Origin: an uncultured virus (IMG/VR IMGVR_UViG_3300037635_003078)
Lineage: Duplodnaviria > Heunggongvirae > Uroviricota > Caudoviricetes
Strand: one strand, 5' to 3'
Virus record (IMG/VR): IMGVR_UViG_3300037635_003078
Length of the DNA: 60,712 nucleotides
Below, piece after piece: positions 1-9,552 of the stretch; the first letter of the stretch is position 1; each line of letters begins with the position of its first letter. The translations under genes were made by a program, and so were the position numbers. The notes beneath the pieces are model-generated. The model was not told where the DNA came from. It searched no databases and worked only from the letters and a program-made list of their open reading frames with translations.

Positions 1-2
1 AA

Positions 3-986
3 GAGTTCTTACACCATTACGACTACCTACCTACAATGTCCGACCTTGAAATGGAGTTATTCCATCAGGCGAAGGATTTCGATGTAGAAGAACGACCTAT
101 ATATACAATCTTTAGAAGACGTAAAGCTCCCAAAGCAAATGACCTCATTCCAATTTGGAAACACTATGAACAATTCCAAGATTGGAAAGTTATGTGGTCT
201 CAAAATCCGACCTCAAGTAAATTTAGTAAGTTGTATCCTAAATGTCTTAATTGGATAGAGAGAAGTGGGTTGTATACACAAGGTGGTATGGAGTATAGTC
301 AATATAATATGTTCACTACCACATCTCGACCATCAAACACCTTTGGTGGTATTAACTATGCAGCACTTCCAAAAGATGGTGATGTTCGTAAGAGGTTCAT
401 ATCACGATTTGAGGGTGGTAAGTTGTATCAGTTAGATTTTGATGGATACCACATTCGTTTGATTGCTAAATTGATAGGTGTAGACATACCATTAGACATC
501 AAAGCACATAAGTGGTTAGCAGACCAATATGGAGCAGACCTCAAAGATGCAAAAGCAATCACGTTTAGACAATTATATGGGGGTGTCCAAGATGAATACA
601 AACACATTCCATTCTTTAGTAAGACCTCAGAGTATATAGAGTCACTTTGGAATGACTTTTTACGTAATCGACTCACATTTACCCCAATTATGAGCCGGAA
701 AATAGAAATAATCGACTCACTCAATAAAAATAAGTTATTTAATTACATCTTACAATCGGTTGAGACTGAAAGAAACATACTTATATTGGAGAAACTCTCT
801 AATATGAAAAGCTCTCAAAAATCACTACCTATATTATACACATATGACTCAATATTGTTTGATGTGGATTCTGATGATGGTATTGAATATATTTTAGAAA
901 TAAAAAAAGTTATGGAGTCCGGTGGGTTTCCAACTGACATTGAAATTGGAGATAATTACAAAGATATGGTTAAGGTCAATCTTTAG
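3..986 (+). CDS. Divergent family A DNA polymerase-like protein (5' end truncated by window edge)
   Basis: Frame is open back to position 3. Motif A-like LDFDGYHIRL, motif B-like KAITFRQLYG, motif C-like YTYDSILFD. Confidence 0.8.
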   Translation, partial: EFLHHYDYLPTMSDLEMELFHQAKDFDVEERPIYTIFRRRKAPKANDLIPIWKHYEQFQDWKVMWSQNPTSSKFSKLYPKCLNWIERSGLYTQGGMEYSQYNMFTTTSRPSNTFGGINYAALPKDGDVRKRFISRFEGGKLYQLDFDGYHIRLIAKLIGVDIPLDIKAHKWLADQYGADLKDAKAITFRQLYGGVQDEYKHIPFFSKTSEYIESLWNDFLRNRLTFTPIMSRKIEIIDSLNKNKLFNYILQSVETERNILILEKLSNMKSSQKSLPILYTYDSILFDVDSDDGIEYILEIKKVMESGGFPTDIEIGDNYKDMVKVNL

Positions 987-998
987 ATATTTATGTTT

Positions 999-3086
999 AT
1001 GAAGAAACTTATCAATTACATAGCAAAAAAAGTGTGGAACGAAGTGGGTGTATCCTTAAATGAAGGTATACATACCAAAGAGTCACTGAAAGCTACATAC
1101 AAAGTAGTTTCAGACATATTAGGTGAATCTATTGCAGAAGAGTTACTTATCAACTTATTAGAAGCTAAAGATGATAAAGTCGATCCTGATACTGAAGTAA
1201 CTTATAAGAATAAGGATGGTGAAAAGAAAACCACGACTTATAAAACTGCGATATCATCCGATAAAGAATCCCCTCAATACAAAGCAGCAGATACCCTCAG
1301 AAATACCAATGATACGCCGGAAGAAAAAGAAGACGATGGTAAGTTTTCAAAATCCGACCAAATTGGTATGATGACTCAGATAGAAAAAGATGCTCAAGCT
1401 AATACCGATGATAACGAATCCGATTCTACAAACGAACCATCACCAAAAATCACCGACAGCGTATATGGTACTGCTGGAAAGGGTGATACTGACGTAAAGA
1501 ACAATATGTTCAAATACGGATTCTCAGGATATCAGAAAGGTACTGGTAAAAGGCCGGCTCCTGGTTCTCCTGGTTCTGCTTTTAACGAAATCGCATCTGG
1601 TGAAGGTATTCATATGCTGAACGAGAACCCAAATATGACCGAAGAAGAGTTGGCTCGTAAAATGTATGACCAATACAAAGAAACCGCACTTGGTAAAGAG
1701 CAAAGTAGGTCATCCGGAGTTGGTAGTATACCAAGTGACGTTGAAAATGACAAACTATACTCAAAATGTGTGATATCAGCACGGTCAGCTAAAACCAAAT
1801 ACGATACGACTCAAAATAGAGTATCCGAACTACAATCTAAAGGTAACTTTGGTAGTATTGATAAGATAGACACTTATTATGGAGCAGCAGAATCCATAGA
1901 TGCGCAGGTGTTAGCAATTAATGGCGCTAATAAGGTAATTTTACCCAATGGTACTGAGGTTGGTAAAGAAGATGCTGTTGCTTTTGTAAAAGCCGGTGGT
2001 GGTGGTATGAACCCATCCGATACTGCTACGTTTGCTAAGGATAAGTCTGGTAATTTACTTATACAATTCCACTCAGACAAAACATCCACCGCAGATATCC
2101 AAGATAACTCTACCCTAGCTCAGGAGGGTGAAAATTATAAATCATCCATTGATAAACTTGATGGGTTATCTGATGAACAAAAGACTAAGGCAAAGGCATT
2201 AGTCGATGAATACTCTGATAAAATGTCTTCCATTGAAGGCAGTTATAATAGCCAAACGGCTAAGATTGCTGGTAGATTATCAGAACTTCCAGTTGAAGCT
2301 CAAGTAGATATCATCGAAAAGGATACTGGTACTTTGAAGAAAAATATAGAAGTTGCAATTTTTGGTAAAGATGGTAAGCCTAAAAAACAATTTCAAAATT
2401 ACCTTTCAGATGGAGCCACCTCAGATTCACTTTCTACGGAAGACAAGTACAATGCTATTCGTAGATTAGTAGCTGATGGTAATGGTAAAAGTAATGAGAT
2501 TAAGGTAATCACTAAAGTAGGCCTCGCTTTACAATCTAAAGATTCATCTGTTGAAGGTATTGATGTTAAAAAATTAATTTCTGATGAGAGGGAGCAGGTT
2601 GTAAATCTTCAAAGAGAACGTATACAACAACTAAACTCACAAGGTTCTACTGACGTAGATGGTGTTGCTGTTCCATTGGGTAGGTTAATGGAGGCTGAGG
2701 AGACTATTAGGGGATTTCATCTCACATTGATGGACTACCCACCAAAGGATTACAAAGAAGGTGACCCATCATCTATGGTAGGTTCATCTCTCGATGTCAA
2801 TATGGGTGGTGCTCAAGTAAATGGTGAAAAGCTTAGAGGCTGTATGGGTGTTGGTAGTAGTACCGAATTTAAACAAAAATTCAGACTTAATGAAGTTGAT
2901 GAAATCGTAAAAGATAAAGAAGGTAATGTTACTGGTAAGACTGTATTCGTTTACGCCATAGATTCCAAAGGTAAGCAACTGGAAATAGGTAAGAAGTCCT
3001 ACCGTTCTAAAGCAGGTGCTACTGGGAAGACTAACAATACATTTACATATAGTAGTGAAATACAAAAGTGTTTCAAATCTAAGTAG
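999..3086 (+). CDS. Large hypothetical protein, probably virion/head-associated, with acidic low-complexity N-terminal linker
   Basis: 697-aa ORF (start 993 or 999). LLE-A motif precedes a D/E/K/T-rich linker; no enzyme motif recognised. Confidence 0.5.
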   Translation: MKKLINYIAKKVWNEVGVSLNEGIHTKESLKATYKVVSDILGESIAEELLINLLEAKDDKVDPDTEVTYKNKDGEKKTTTYKTAISSDKESPQYKAADTLRNTNDTPEEKEDDGKFSKSDQIGMMTQIEKDAQANTDDNESDSTNEPSPKITDSVYGTAGKGDTDVKNNMFKYGFSGYQKGTGKRPAPGSPGSAFNEIASGEGIHMLNENPNMTEEELARKMYDQYKETALGKEQSRSSGVGSIPSDVENDKLYSKCVISARSAKTKYDTTQNRVSELQSKGNFGSIDKIDTYYGAAESIDAQVLAINGANKVILPNGTEVGKEDAVAFVKAGGGGMNPSDTATFAKDKSGNLLIQFHSDKTSTADIQDNSTLAQEGENYKSSIDKLDGLSDEQKTKAKALVDEYSDKMSSIEGSYNSQTAKIAGRLSELPVEAQVDIIEKDTGTLKKNIEVAIFGKDGKPKKQFQNYLSDGATSDSLSTEDKYNAIRRLVADGNGKSNEIKVITKVGLALQSKDSSVEGIDVKKLISDEREQVVNLQRERIQQLNSQGSTDVDGVAVPLGRLMEAEETIRGFHLTLMDYPPKDYKEGDPSSMVGSSLDVNMGGAQVNGEKLRGCMGVGSSTEFKQKFRLNEVDEIVKDKEGNVTGKTVFVYAIDSKGKQLEIGKKSYRSKAGATGKTNNTFTYSSEIQKCFKSK

Positions 3087-3096
3087 GAGATAATGA

Positions 3097-3483
3097 GTGA
3101 GAACACAATTATTATGTACATTTTCAACTGAGAGTGAATTCGAAGATATGGTAAAACATATATTATCGGCATATGAAATATTTAGCCGTAAGATATTTGT
3201 TCTAAAATTAAAACCATCAAATGAGTTGGTAATAAGTTATAATATAGTACCAAATGGTGTTAAATTTTTACCAGCTACGATTATGGTACATAGAAAGAAG
3301 GAATCGAATACCATGTACACAATAAATTCACTGAATACATTAATAACATCTGAAAATGGTGGGTATTTAGATAAATCGTATCAAGTAGATTGGAACAAAT
3401 ATAGGAATTCACTTATACTTACAGATGGTGATGGCTTTAAGGTAATGAAGACGAGTTTATTCCGAATTATTGACGTTAATTAA
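3097..3483 (+). CDS. Conserved phage hypothetical protein
   Basis: 128-aa ORF with GTG start preceded by AGGAG; LLCTF...HRKKESNTMYTIN signature recalled from T4-like phage hypotheticals next to SSB. Confidence 0.6.
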   Translation: MRTQLLCTFSTESEFEDMVKHILSAYEIFSRKIFVLKLKPSNELVISYNIVPNGVKFLPATIMVHRKKESNTMYTINSLNTLITSENGGYLDKSYQVDWNKYRNSLILTDGDGFKVMKTSLFRIIDVN

Positions 3484-3553
3484 CTCCAGCGCCATATTTA
3501 TATGAGTACGAAAGTACAACAACAAAATAAAAAATAAAATATTTTAGAATACA

Positions 3554-3585
3554 TTTGGTTTTGTCACCCAAATGTTGTATATTAG
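3554..3585 (+). promoter_or_regulatory. Bacteroidota sigmaA-type promoter (TTTG-N20-TATATTAG)
   Basis: TTTG 3554-3557, TATATTAG 3578-3585, upstream of the SSB gene. Confidence 0.75.
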
Positions 3586-3624
3586 TGACATAGTTAACAA
3601 TTAATAATTAAAAAGAGTAGTATT

Positions 3625-4386
3625 ATGGCTATTGATTTAAATGCAATCCGCAATCGTTTGAACACGCTTCAAACAAAAGTAACAAAGACTGATAATCTTT
3701 GGAAACCACAACCAGGTAAACAACAAATCCGTATTTTACCTTACACCCACAACGCTTCGAATCCGTTTATTGAACTTTACTTCCACTTTGGTTTTGGTGG
3801 TAAAAACATCATCTCTCCAAGTTCATTTGGTGAGGCTGACCCTTTATTGGAATTCGCTGAAAAGTTGAAAGCAACTGGAAATCGTGATGATTACCAATTG
3901 TCTCGTAAATTAACTCCTAAGATGAGAACATACGTACCAGTATTGGTTCGTGGTGAAGAGTCTGAAGGTGTTAAGTTTTGGGGATTTGGTAAAAACGTTT
4001 ACCAAGAACTATTAGGGTTCTTCGCAGACCCTGATTATGGTGATTTGACCGATCCAGTAAATGGTCGTGATGTAACAGTAGAATTCAAAACTGCTGCTGA
4101 ACTTGGTAAGTCTTATCCTGAGACCTACATCCGTGTAAAACCAAACACAACTCCAATCTCTGAGGATTCAAACATTGTTGAATCATCTAAAGAGCAGATT
4201 GAACTTCCAGGTATGTTCAAAAAAGTAACATATGAAGAAATGGAAGGTATGTTGAAAGAATGGTTAGAAACTGGTGAAGTATCAGATACGAAAGAACAAC
4301 CAGTTGCTGAAACATCTCAACCAACTCAATCAACTTCTCCCGCATCTAATGTAAAAGATGCATTTGACGATTTATTTAACGACTAA
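3625..4386 (+). CDS. Single-stranded DNA-binding protein, T4 gp32-like
   Basis: LWKP...IRILP, PFIELYFH, DLTDPVNGRD core; acidic C-terminal tail ending AFDDLFND; next to the recombinase. Confidence 0.8.
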   Translation: MAIDLNAIRNRLNTLQTKVTKTDNLWKPQPGKQQIRILPYTHNASNPFIELYFHFGFGGKNIISPSSFGEADPLLEFAEKLKATGNRDDYQLSRKLTPKMRTYVPVLVRGEESEGVKFWGFGKNVYQELLGFFADPDYGDLTDPVNGRDVTVEFKTAAELGKSYPETYIRVKPNTTPISEDSNIVESSKEQIELPGMFKKVTYEEMEGMLKEWLETGEVSDTKEQPVAETSQPTQSTSPASNVKDAFDDLFND

Positions 4387-4391
4387 TCAGT

Positions 4392-5522
4392 ATGGCTAAG
4401 AAGAAGGCAAGTTCACGTGATGAACTATCTTCTATCCTCGCTACCAACCTAAACAAGAAGTTTAAGTCCGCCAATAAGGTGGCTTTCTTCTTGGATGGGG
4501 CGGAGACAACTCCTACCGACTTAGATGAGTGGGTATCGACTGGCTCCCCTATGTTGGATTTAGCAATCTCAAACCGACCAAATGGTGGATTACCAGTAGG
4601 TCGTATTACTGAGATTACAGGATTAGAAGGTAGTGGTAAATCACTATTGGCAGCTCATTCAATTGCAGACACTCAGAAGAAAGGTGGTCTTGGAGTCTAT
4701 ATAGATACCGAGAACGCAATGAATCAAGAGTTCTTAGAAGCAATTGGTGTTGATGTCAAAAAGATGTTATATGTTCCATTAGAAACAGTGGAAGACATCT
4801 TTGAAGCAATTGATTCAATTATTGAATCAGTACGTTCTTCTGATAAGAAGAAATTGGTTACAATCGTAGTTGACTCCGTAGCAGGTGCATCTACTAAAGT
4901 TGAGATATCAGCTGATTACGACCAAGCTGGTTACGCAACTCAAAAAGCCATCATTATCTCGAAGGCAATGAGAAAGGTAACTAATCTTATTGGACGAGAA
5001 CGAATTTCACTAATCTTCACCAATCAATTGAGAACACGTTTAGGTGTATCATTTGGTGACCCTTGGACAACGAGTGGTGGTAAGGCAATTGCTTTCCACT
5101 CATCGTGTAGATTGAGACTGAAACAAATGGGTCAGTTAAAATCCAAAGTAGGTGGTGTAGACCAAGTGGTTGGTATTAAGACTCGTGCTCAAGTAGTTAA
5201 GAATAGAATGGGGCCACCGCTTCGTTCGGTAGATTACGATATTTACTTTGATAGGGGTATCGATAATTATGGTTCTTGGTTACAAATGATGAAGAGTTAT
5301 AAACTGATTGACCAAAGTGGTGCTTGGTACACTTACGCGGATAAAGAGACTGGTGAGGAGATTAAGTTCCAAGCCAAGAATTTCGAAGACCTCCTACAAG
5401 AGAGACCCGAACTAAAAGAGTCAATTTATTCTCAAATTTGTAATGCATATATTATGTCTTACAAAAAATCAAGTGAAGAGGCAAATATAGATAACGTAGA
5501 AGTAGAAGATTTCGATGCATAG
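4392..5522 (+). CDS. recA: RecA/UvsX recombinase
   Basis: GGLPVGRITEITGLEGSGKS Walker A, YIDTENA, IVVDSVA Walker B, IFTNQLR, TTSGGKA, KNRMGPP. Confidence 0.95.
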   Translation: MAKKKASSRDELSSILATNLNKKFKSANKVAFFLDGAETTPTDLDEWVSTGSPMLDLAISNRPNGGLPVGRITEITGLEGSGKSLLAAHSIADTQKKGGLGVYIDTENAMNQEFLEAIGVDVKKMLYVPLETVEDIFEAIDSIIESVRSSDKKKLVTIVVDSVAGASTKVEISADYDQAGYATQKAIIISKAMRKVTNLIGRERISLIFTNQLRTRLGVSFGDPWTTSGGKAIAFHSSCRLRLKQMGQLKSKVGGVDQVVGIKTRAQVVKNRMGPPLRSVDYDIYFDRGIDNYGSWLQMMKSYKLIDQSGAWYTYADKETGEEIKFQAKNFEDLLQERPELKESIYSQICNAYIMSYKKSSEEANIDNVEVEDFDA

Positions 5523-6564
5523 TAGATACGCAGAACTCCTCAATGAGGTGAGTAAAGAACATAGTGAAGTTAAAGACGAAAGTCTAAATGATAACGTTCT
5601 AATCATAGATGGATTAAATCAATTTATCAGAGTATTTGGGGCAGTACCTGCGTTGAATGATGATGGAGAACATTGTGGTGGTGTGACAGGATTCCTTCTG
5701 TCCACCGCTGCAACCATCCGAAGATTGAAACCTACACGTGTCGTTATCGTGTTTGATGGTAAAGGTGGGTCTAATCGTAGAAAGTCAATGTATAAAGGTT
5801 ATAAGGAAGGTCGTACTGGTCTGACTAAAATCAATAGATTGGCTGGATACGAAGATTTGGAGGACCAACAAGTATCGATGAGAAATCAATTCACACGATT
5901 GATTGAGTATCTCCAAGTCTTACCTATCTCTCTTACCTATATTGATTATGTAGAAGCTGATGATATCATGGCATATCTCGCAAATCACTACTTTAAGAAA
6001 AATGTTACAATCATCTCATCAGACAAAGACTTTTTACAATTGGTAAATCACCGAATCAAGGTATACGCTCCAACTAAGAAGAAAATGTATGATGAAGAAC
6101 TTGTAATGAAGGATTATGGTGTTAAACCACAAAATCTTGTATTTTATCGTATGATTGAGGGTGATAAATCTGATAACATTGAGGGTGTCCGTGGTGTTGG
6201 TCCTAAAACCATTCTTAATAAGATGACATTCCTAAATGATGAGGTTCTTGAAATGGACACATTCATATCTAAAATCAAAACTGAGTGTGATGATAAACTA
6301 TCACAAAAGTTGATTGAGAATGTAACAACTCTCGAAATGAATTACAATCTAATGCAACTTAAAGATCCTGAAATCTCATCTTCAATCAAATCTAAGGTTA
6401 GGGAGATTATGGATGAACAAGAGGCAACTTTGGATGTGCCAGAATTTAAGAAGATGTTTATGTATGACAAATTATATACTGCATTTTCAAACGTAGATTC
6501 ATGGTTACGTAATTCATTTACTTTATTAGATGGTTATTTAAAAAACCATGTTAATGAATCCTGA
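5515..6564 (+). CDS. 5'-3' exonuclease / T4 RNase H-like flap endonuclease
   Basis: LIIDG, VFDGKGGS..R..YK..R, EADD, SSDKDFLQL, GDKSDNIEGVRGVGPKT (H3TH). Confidence 0.92.
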   Translation: MHSRYAELLNEVSKEHSEVKDESLNDNVLIIDGLNQFIRVFGAVPALNDDGEHCGGVTGFLLSTAATIRRLKPTRVVIVFDGKGGSNRRKSMYKGYKEGRTGLTKINRLAGYEDLEDQQVSMRNQFTRLIEYLQVLPISLTYIDYVEADDIMAYLANHYFKKNVTIISSDKDFLQLVNHRIKVYAPTKKKMYDEELVMKDYGVKPQNLVFYRMIEGDKSDNIEGVRGVGPKTILNKMTFLNDEVLEMDTFISKIKTECDDKLSQKLIENVTTLEMNYNLMQLKDPEISSSIKSKVREIMDEQEATLDVPEFKKMFMYDKLYTAFSNVDSWLRNSFTLLDGYLKNHVNES

Positions 6565-7096
6565 TTTAAGAACTGAAGTATGGGAAGGTACTATTGAGTA
6601 TCATAACCTTAAAGAAGTTGGTTGGTATGGTATAGGTGGTCCCGAACACCCTCTATTTAAAACATTAATAGATAGGAGTTTATCGGAATCAAAATATATA
6701 TCAGAATATCAGCTATATGTAGTTGGTGGTTTATTAGAAGAGTGGGTATCTTGGGATATTGACCTTGCTATTATAGGAGAATATGATCCTGTTAAAATTA
6801 AGGAAATTGCCGAAACAGTTATGAAAATTTCATTTGAACTTAGAGTTTTTGTTGATTTTCATTTTCAAAGAAAATTATGGCCTGTACATTTGTATTCAAA
6901 ATATGGGGGTTATGAAGAGTATCATGATTGTTATAGACTTAGTAATAATTTTAAAAACAATGGTAATCCACAGGATTTAAGTAATCTTGTAGAAGTAGAT
7001 GGGCTGTATATGCATACCATACACTATCCATTTCAAAAACATATTACGAGGCGTGAAGAGGGTTACATACATAAAGCCCCTCTTTTACTAAATTAA
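6548..7096 (+). CDS. Putative minimal nucleotidyltransferase (Pol beta fold)
   Basis: YVVGG....WDIDLAI (hG[GS]...DxD) with a later VFVD strand. Confidence 0.5.
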   Translation: MLMNPDLRTEVWEGTIEYHNLKEVGWYGIGGPEHPLFKTLIDRSLSESKYISEYQLYVVGGLLEEWVSWDIDLAIIGEYDPVKIKEIAETVMKISFELRVFVDFHFQRKLWPVHLYSKYGGYEEYHDCYRLSNNFKNNGNPQDLSNLVEVDGLYMHTIHYPFQKHITRREEGYIHKAPLLLN

Positions 7097-7097
7097 G

Positions 7098-7129
7098 TTT
7101 GGATAGTTCAAATTAAAGTCGTATATTAG
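7098..7129 (+). promoter_or_regulatory. Promoter TTTG-N20-TATATTAG (near-leaderless helicase mRNA)
   Basis: TTTG 7098-7101, TATATTAG 7122-7129, ATG at 7137. Confidence 0.75.
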
Positions 7130-7136
7130 TAACTAT

Positions 7137-8495
7137 ATGGAGAAGTTAGGAAGTAAATTTAGTACATCATTTCAAAATAAGGTAATATCTGCCATAATAT
7201 CCGATAGGCCGTTTACACGTCAAATCTACGATATACTAAAGCCGGAATACTTTGACTCTGAAGCATCTGAATGGTTGGTAACCAACATCATGAAGCACTT
7301 TGATGAGTATGAGACCATGCCAACATTAGATGTCTTAAAAGTTAAAGTCAATTCCATTGAACGAGATGTTCTAAAAACATCAGTAGTAGACACCTTAAAG
7401 TATGCATGGAATCACTTAGATAGTGATGACCTTTCGTATGTTAAAGACCAAGTTTTAGACTTTTGTAAGAACCAATCCATTAAGAATGCAATATTAGATT
7501 CGGTAACACTATTAGAGGATGGAAGATACGAGACCATAAAGAAGAACATTGATACTGCTATGAAAGCCGGTCAGGATTCGGATATTGGACACGACTATAA
7601 AATAATGATTACGGATAGATACGAAGATACAGTCCGTAATGTAGTTTCGACTGGATGGGATGTCGTTGACGAAATAACTCAAGGTGGGTTTGGTAAAGGT
7701 GAGTTAATTTTATTCGCAGCTCCTCCTGGAATTGGTAAGTCTTGGGCATTAGTTAATATTGGTGTCAATGCTATGAAAGCCGGTAAAACAGTAGCTCATT
7801 ATACGTTGGAATTAAATGAAGGATATACGGGCCAGAGATATGATGCTGTTTTGAGTGGTGTAGCAGTTGCTAACCTAAAGTATAATATGGAGGATGTCCA
7901 AAAGGCAGTTGAAAATGTAAAAGGTGACTTGGTAATCAAACACTATCCAACTAAAACAGCTGGTGTAACTTCGTTAAAAGCACATATGGATAAGATGACT
8001 TTACAAGGTAAGAAGCCGGATTTGGTTATCGTGGATTACGCTGACCTTTTAAGAGGGCCACAAAAAGAAAAAAGACACGAGGAGTTGGAAGAAATTATTG
8101 AAGACCTACGAGGTTTGGCAGGTGAGTATGAAGTTCCAGTCTTTACAGCATCTCAGATTAATAGAAGTGGTGCAGAAGATGACATCATTACAGGTACTAA
8201 GATTGCTGGGTCATTCTCCAAGATGATGACTGCTGATTTTGTGGTATCATTATCTCGTAAGATTGAAGATAAACTCGCTGGAACTGGTAGATGGCACGTA
8301 ATTAAGAATAGATTTGGACCTGATGGTATGACATTCCCATCCAAAGCAAACTTCTCAACTGGCCAAATTCACATATATAATGAGGATTCTATAAATGGTA
8401 GACAAACTCAAAAAGATATGAAACAAGGGGAGAGTTTAGTAAGAAAAGAATTGGCACAAAAATATAAAGAAATGAGTGGTGATATAGGTTTTTAG
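7137..8495 (+). CDS. Replicative helicase, DnaB/T4 gp41-like
   Basis: AAPPGIGKS Walker A, TLEL, LVIVDYADL Walker B, TASQINR, KNRFGP. Confidence 0.93.
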   Translation: MEKLGSKFSTSFQNKVISAIISDRPFTRQIYDILKPEYFDSEASEWLVTNIMKHFDEYETMPTLDVLKVKVNSIERDVLKTSVVDTLKYAWNHLDSDDLSYVKDQVLDFCKNQSIKNAILDSVTLLEDGRYETIKKNIDTAMKAGQDSDIGHDYKIMITDRYEDTVRNVVSTGWDVVDEITQGGFGKGELILFAAPPGIGKSWALVNIGVNAMKAGKTVAHYTLELNEGYTGQRYDAVLSGVAVANLKYNMEDVQKAVENVKGDLVIKHYPTKTAGVTSLKAHMDKMTLQGKKPDLVIVDYADLLRGPQKEKRHEELEEIIEDLRGLAGEYEVPVFTASQINRSGAEDDIITGTKIAGSFSKMMTADFVVSLSRKIEDKLAGTGRWHVIKNRFGPDGMTFPSKANFSTGQIHIYNEDSINGRQTQKDMKQGESLVRKELAQKYKEMSGDIGF

Positions 8496-8553
8496 AGACT
8501 ATATATTACCACCCCAATTAACATAATGTCTAACAATTTAACAAGGAATCCCT

Positions 8554-9546
8554 ATGGGTCTATTTGATAATCGAGTACCATTCAAACCATTTGAATATCC
8601 AGAATATTACACCGAAGGTTGGTTGAAACAAGCACAAGCTTTTTGGTTACATACCGAAATACCAATGCAAGGTGATATTAAGGATTGGAATGAAAATCTA
8701 ACCGCCGAAGAAAAGAACTTAGTGGGTAATATCCTACTTGGATTTGCACAAACGGAATGTGCTGTATCTGATTATTGGACTACTATGGTCACTAATTGGT
8801 TTCCAAAGCATGAGATTAAGCAAATGGCTATGATGTTTGGTTCACAAGAGACCATTCATGCAACTGCATATTCATATTTGAATGAGTCACTTGGATTGGA
8901 AGACTTTGAGGCATTCTTACACGAACCTGCTACTGCTGAACGTTTTGAGAACTTAGCTGAAGTTACAAACAATTACACTTACGAAGATTTGAAGAATAAT
9001 TCAGAAGCTCGTAAAGAGGTAGCAAGGTCACTCGCTATATTCTCAGCATTTACCGAAGGGGTTGCACTTTACTCATCATTTGCAGTATTGTACTCATTCC
9101 AAATGAGAAACAAGTTGAAGGGTATTGGTCAACAAATGAAGTGGTCAGTACGTGATGAGTCACTACACTCAAGAATGGGGTGTCAGTTATTCAAACATAT
9201 GTGTAATGAATATCCTGAACTATTAGATGATTGTAAGGATTCAATCGAAGAGGCTGCAAAGTTGATTCAAGTATTGGAACACAAATACATTGATAAGATG
9301 TTTGAAATGGGTGATTTGGAGAATCTTAAAAAAGAAGACCTAAAGAACTTTATCAATCAAAGACTAAATGAAAAATTAAATGAGTTGGGTTACGAATCAA
9401 CGTTTACATACGATGAAGACTCAGCAGCACAATTAGAATGGTTCTATCACTTAACTGGTGGACATACACATACGGACTTCTTCGCTTTGAGACCTACTGA
9501 TTATAGTAAGGCAAATGAAGGTGAAGATTGGGACGATATATTTTAA
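8554..9546 (+). CDS. nrdB: Class I ribonucleotide reductase small subunit
   Basis: QETIHATAY, EGVALYSSF, RDESLH di-iron ligands; HTDFF C-terminal motif. Confidence 0.95.
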   Translation: MGLFDNRVPFKPFEYPEYYTEGWLKQAQAFWLHTEIPMQGDIKDWNENLTAEEKNLVGNILLGFAQTECAVSDYWTTMVTNWFPKHEIKQMAMMFGSQETIHATAYSYLNESLGLEDFEAFLHEPATAERFENLAEVTNNYTYEDLKNNSEARKEVARSLAIFSAFTEGVALYSSFAVLYSFQMRNKLKGIGQQMKWSVRDESLHSRMGCQLFKHMCNEYPELLDDCKDSIEEAAKLIQVLEHKYIDKMFEMGDLENLKKEDLKNFINQRLNEKLNELGYESTFTYDEDSAAQLEWFYHLTGGHTHTDFFALRPTDYSKANEGEDWDDIF

Positions 9547-9552
9547 TAAGTT

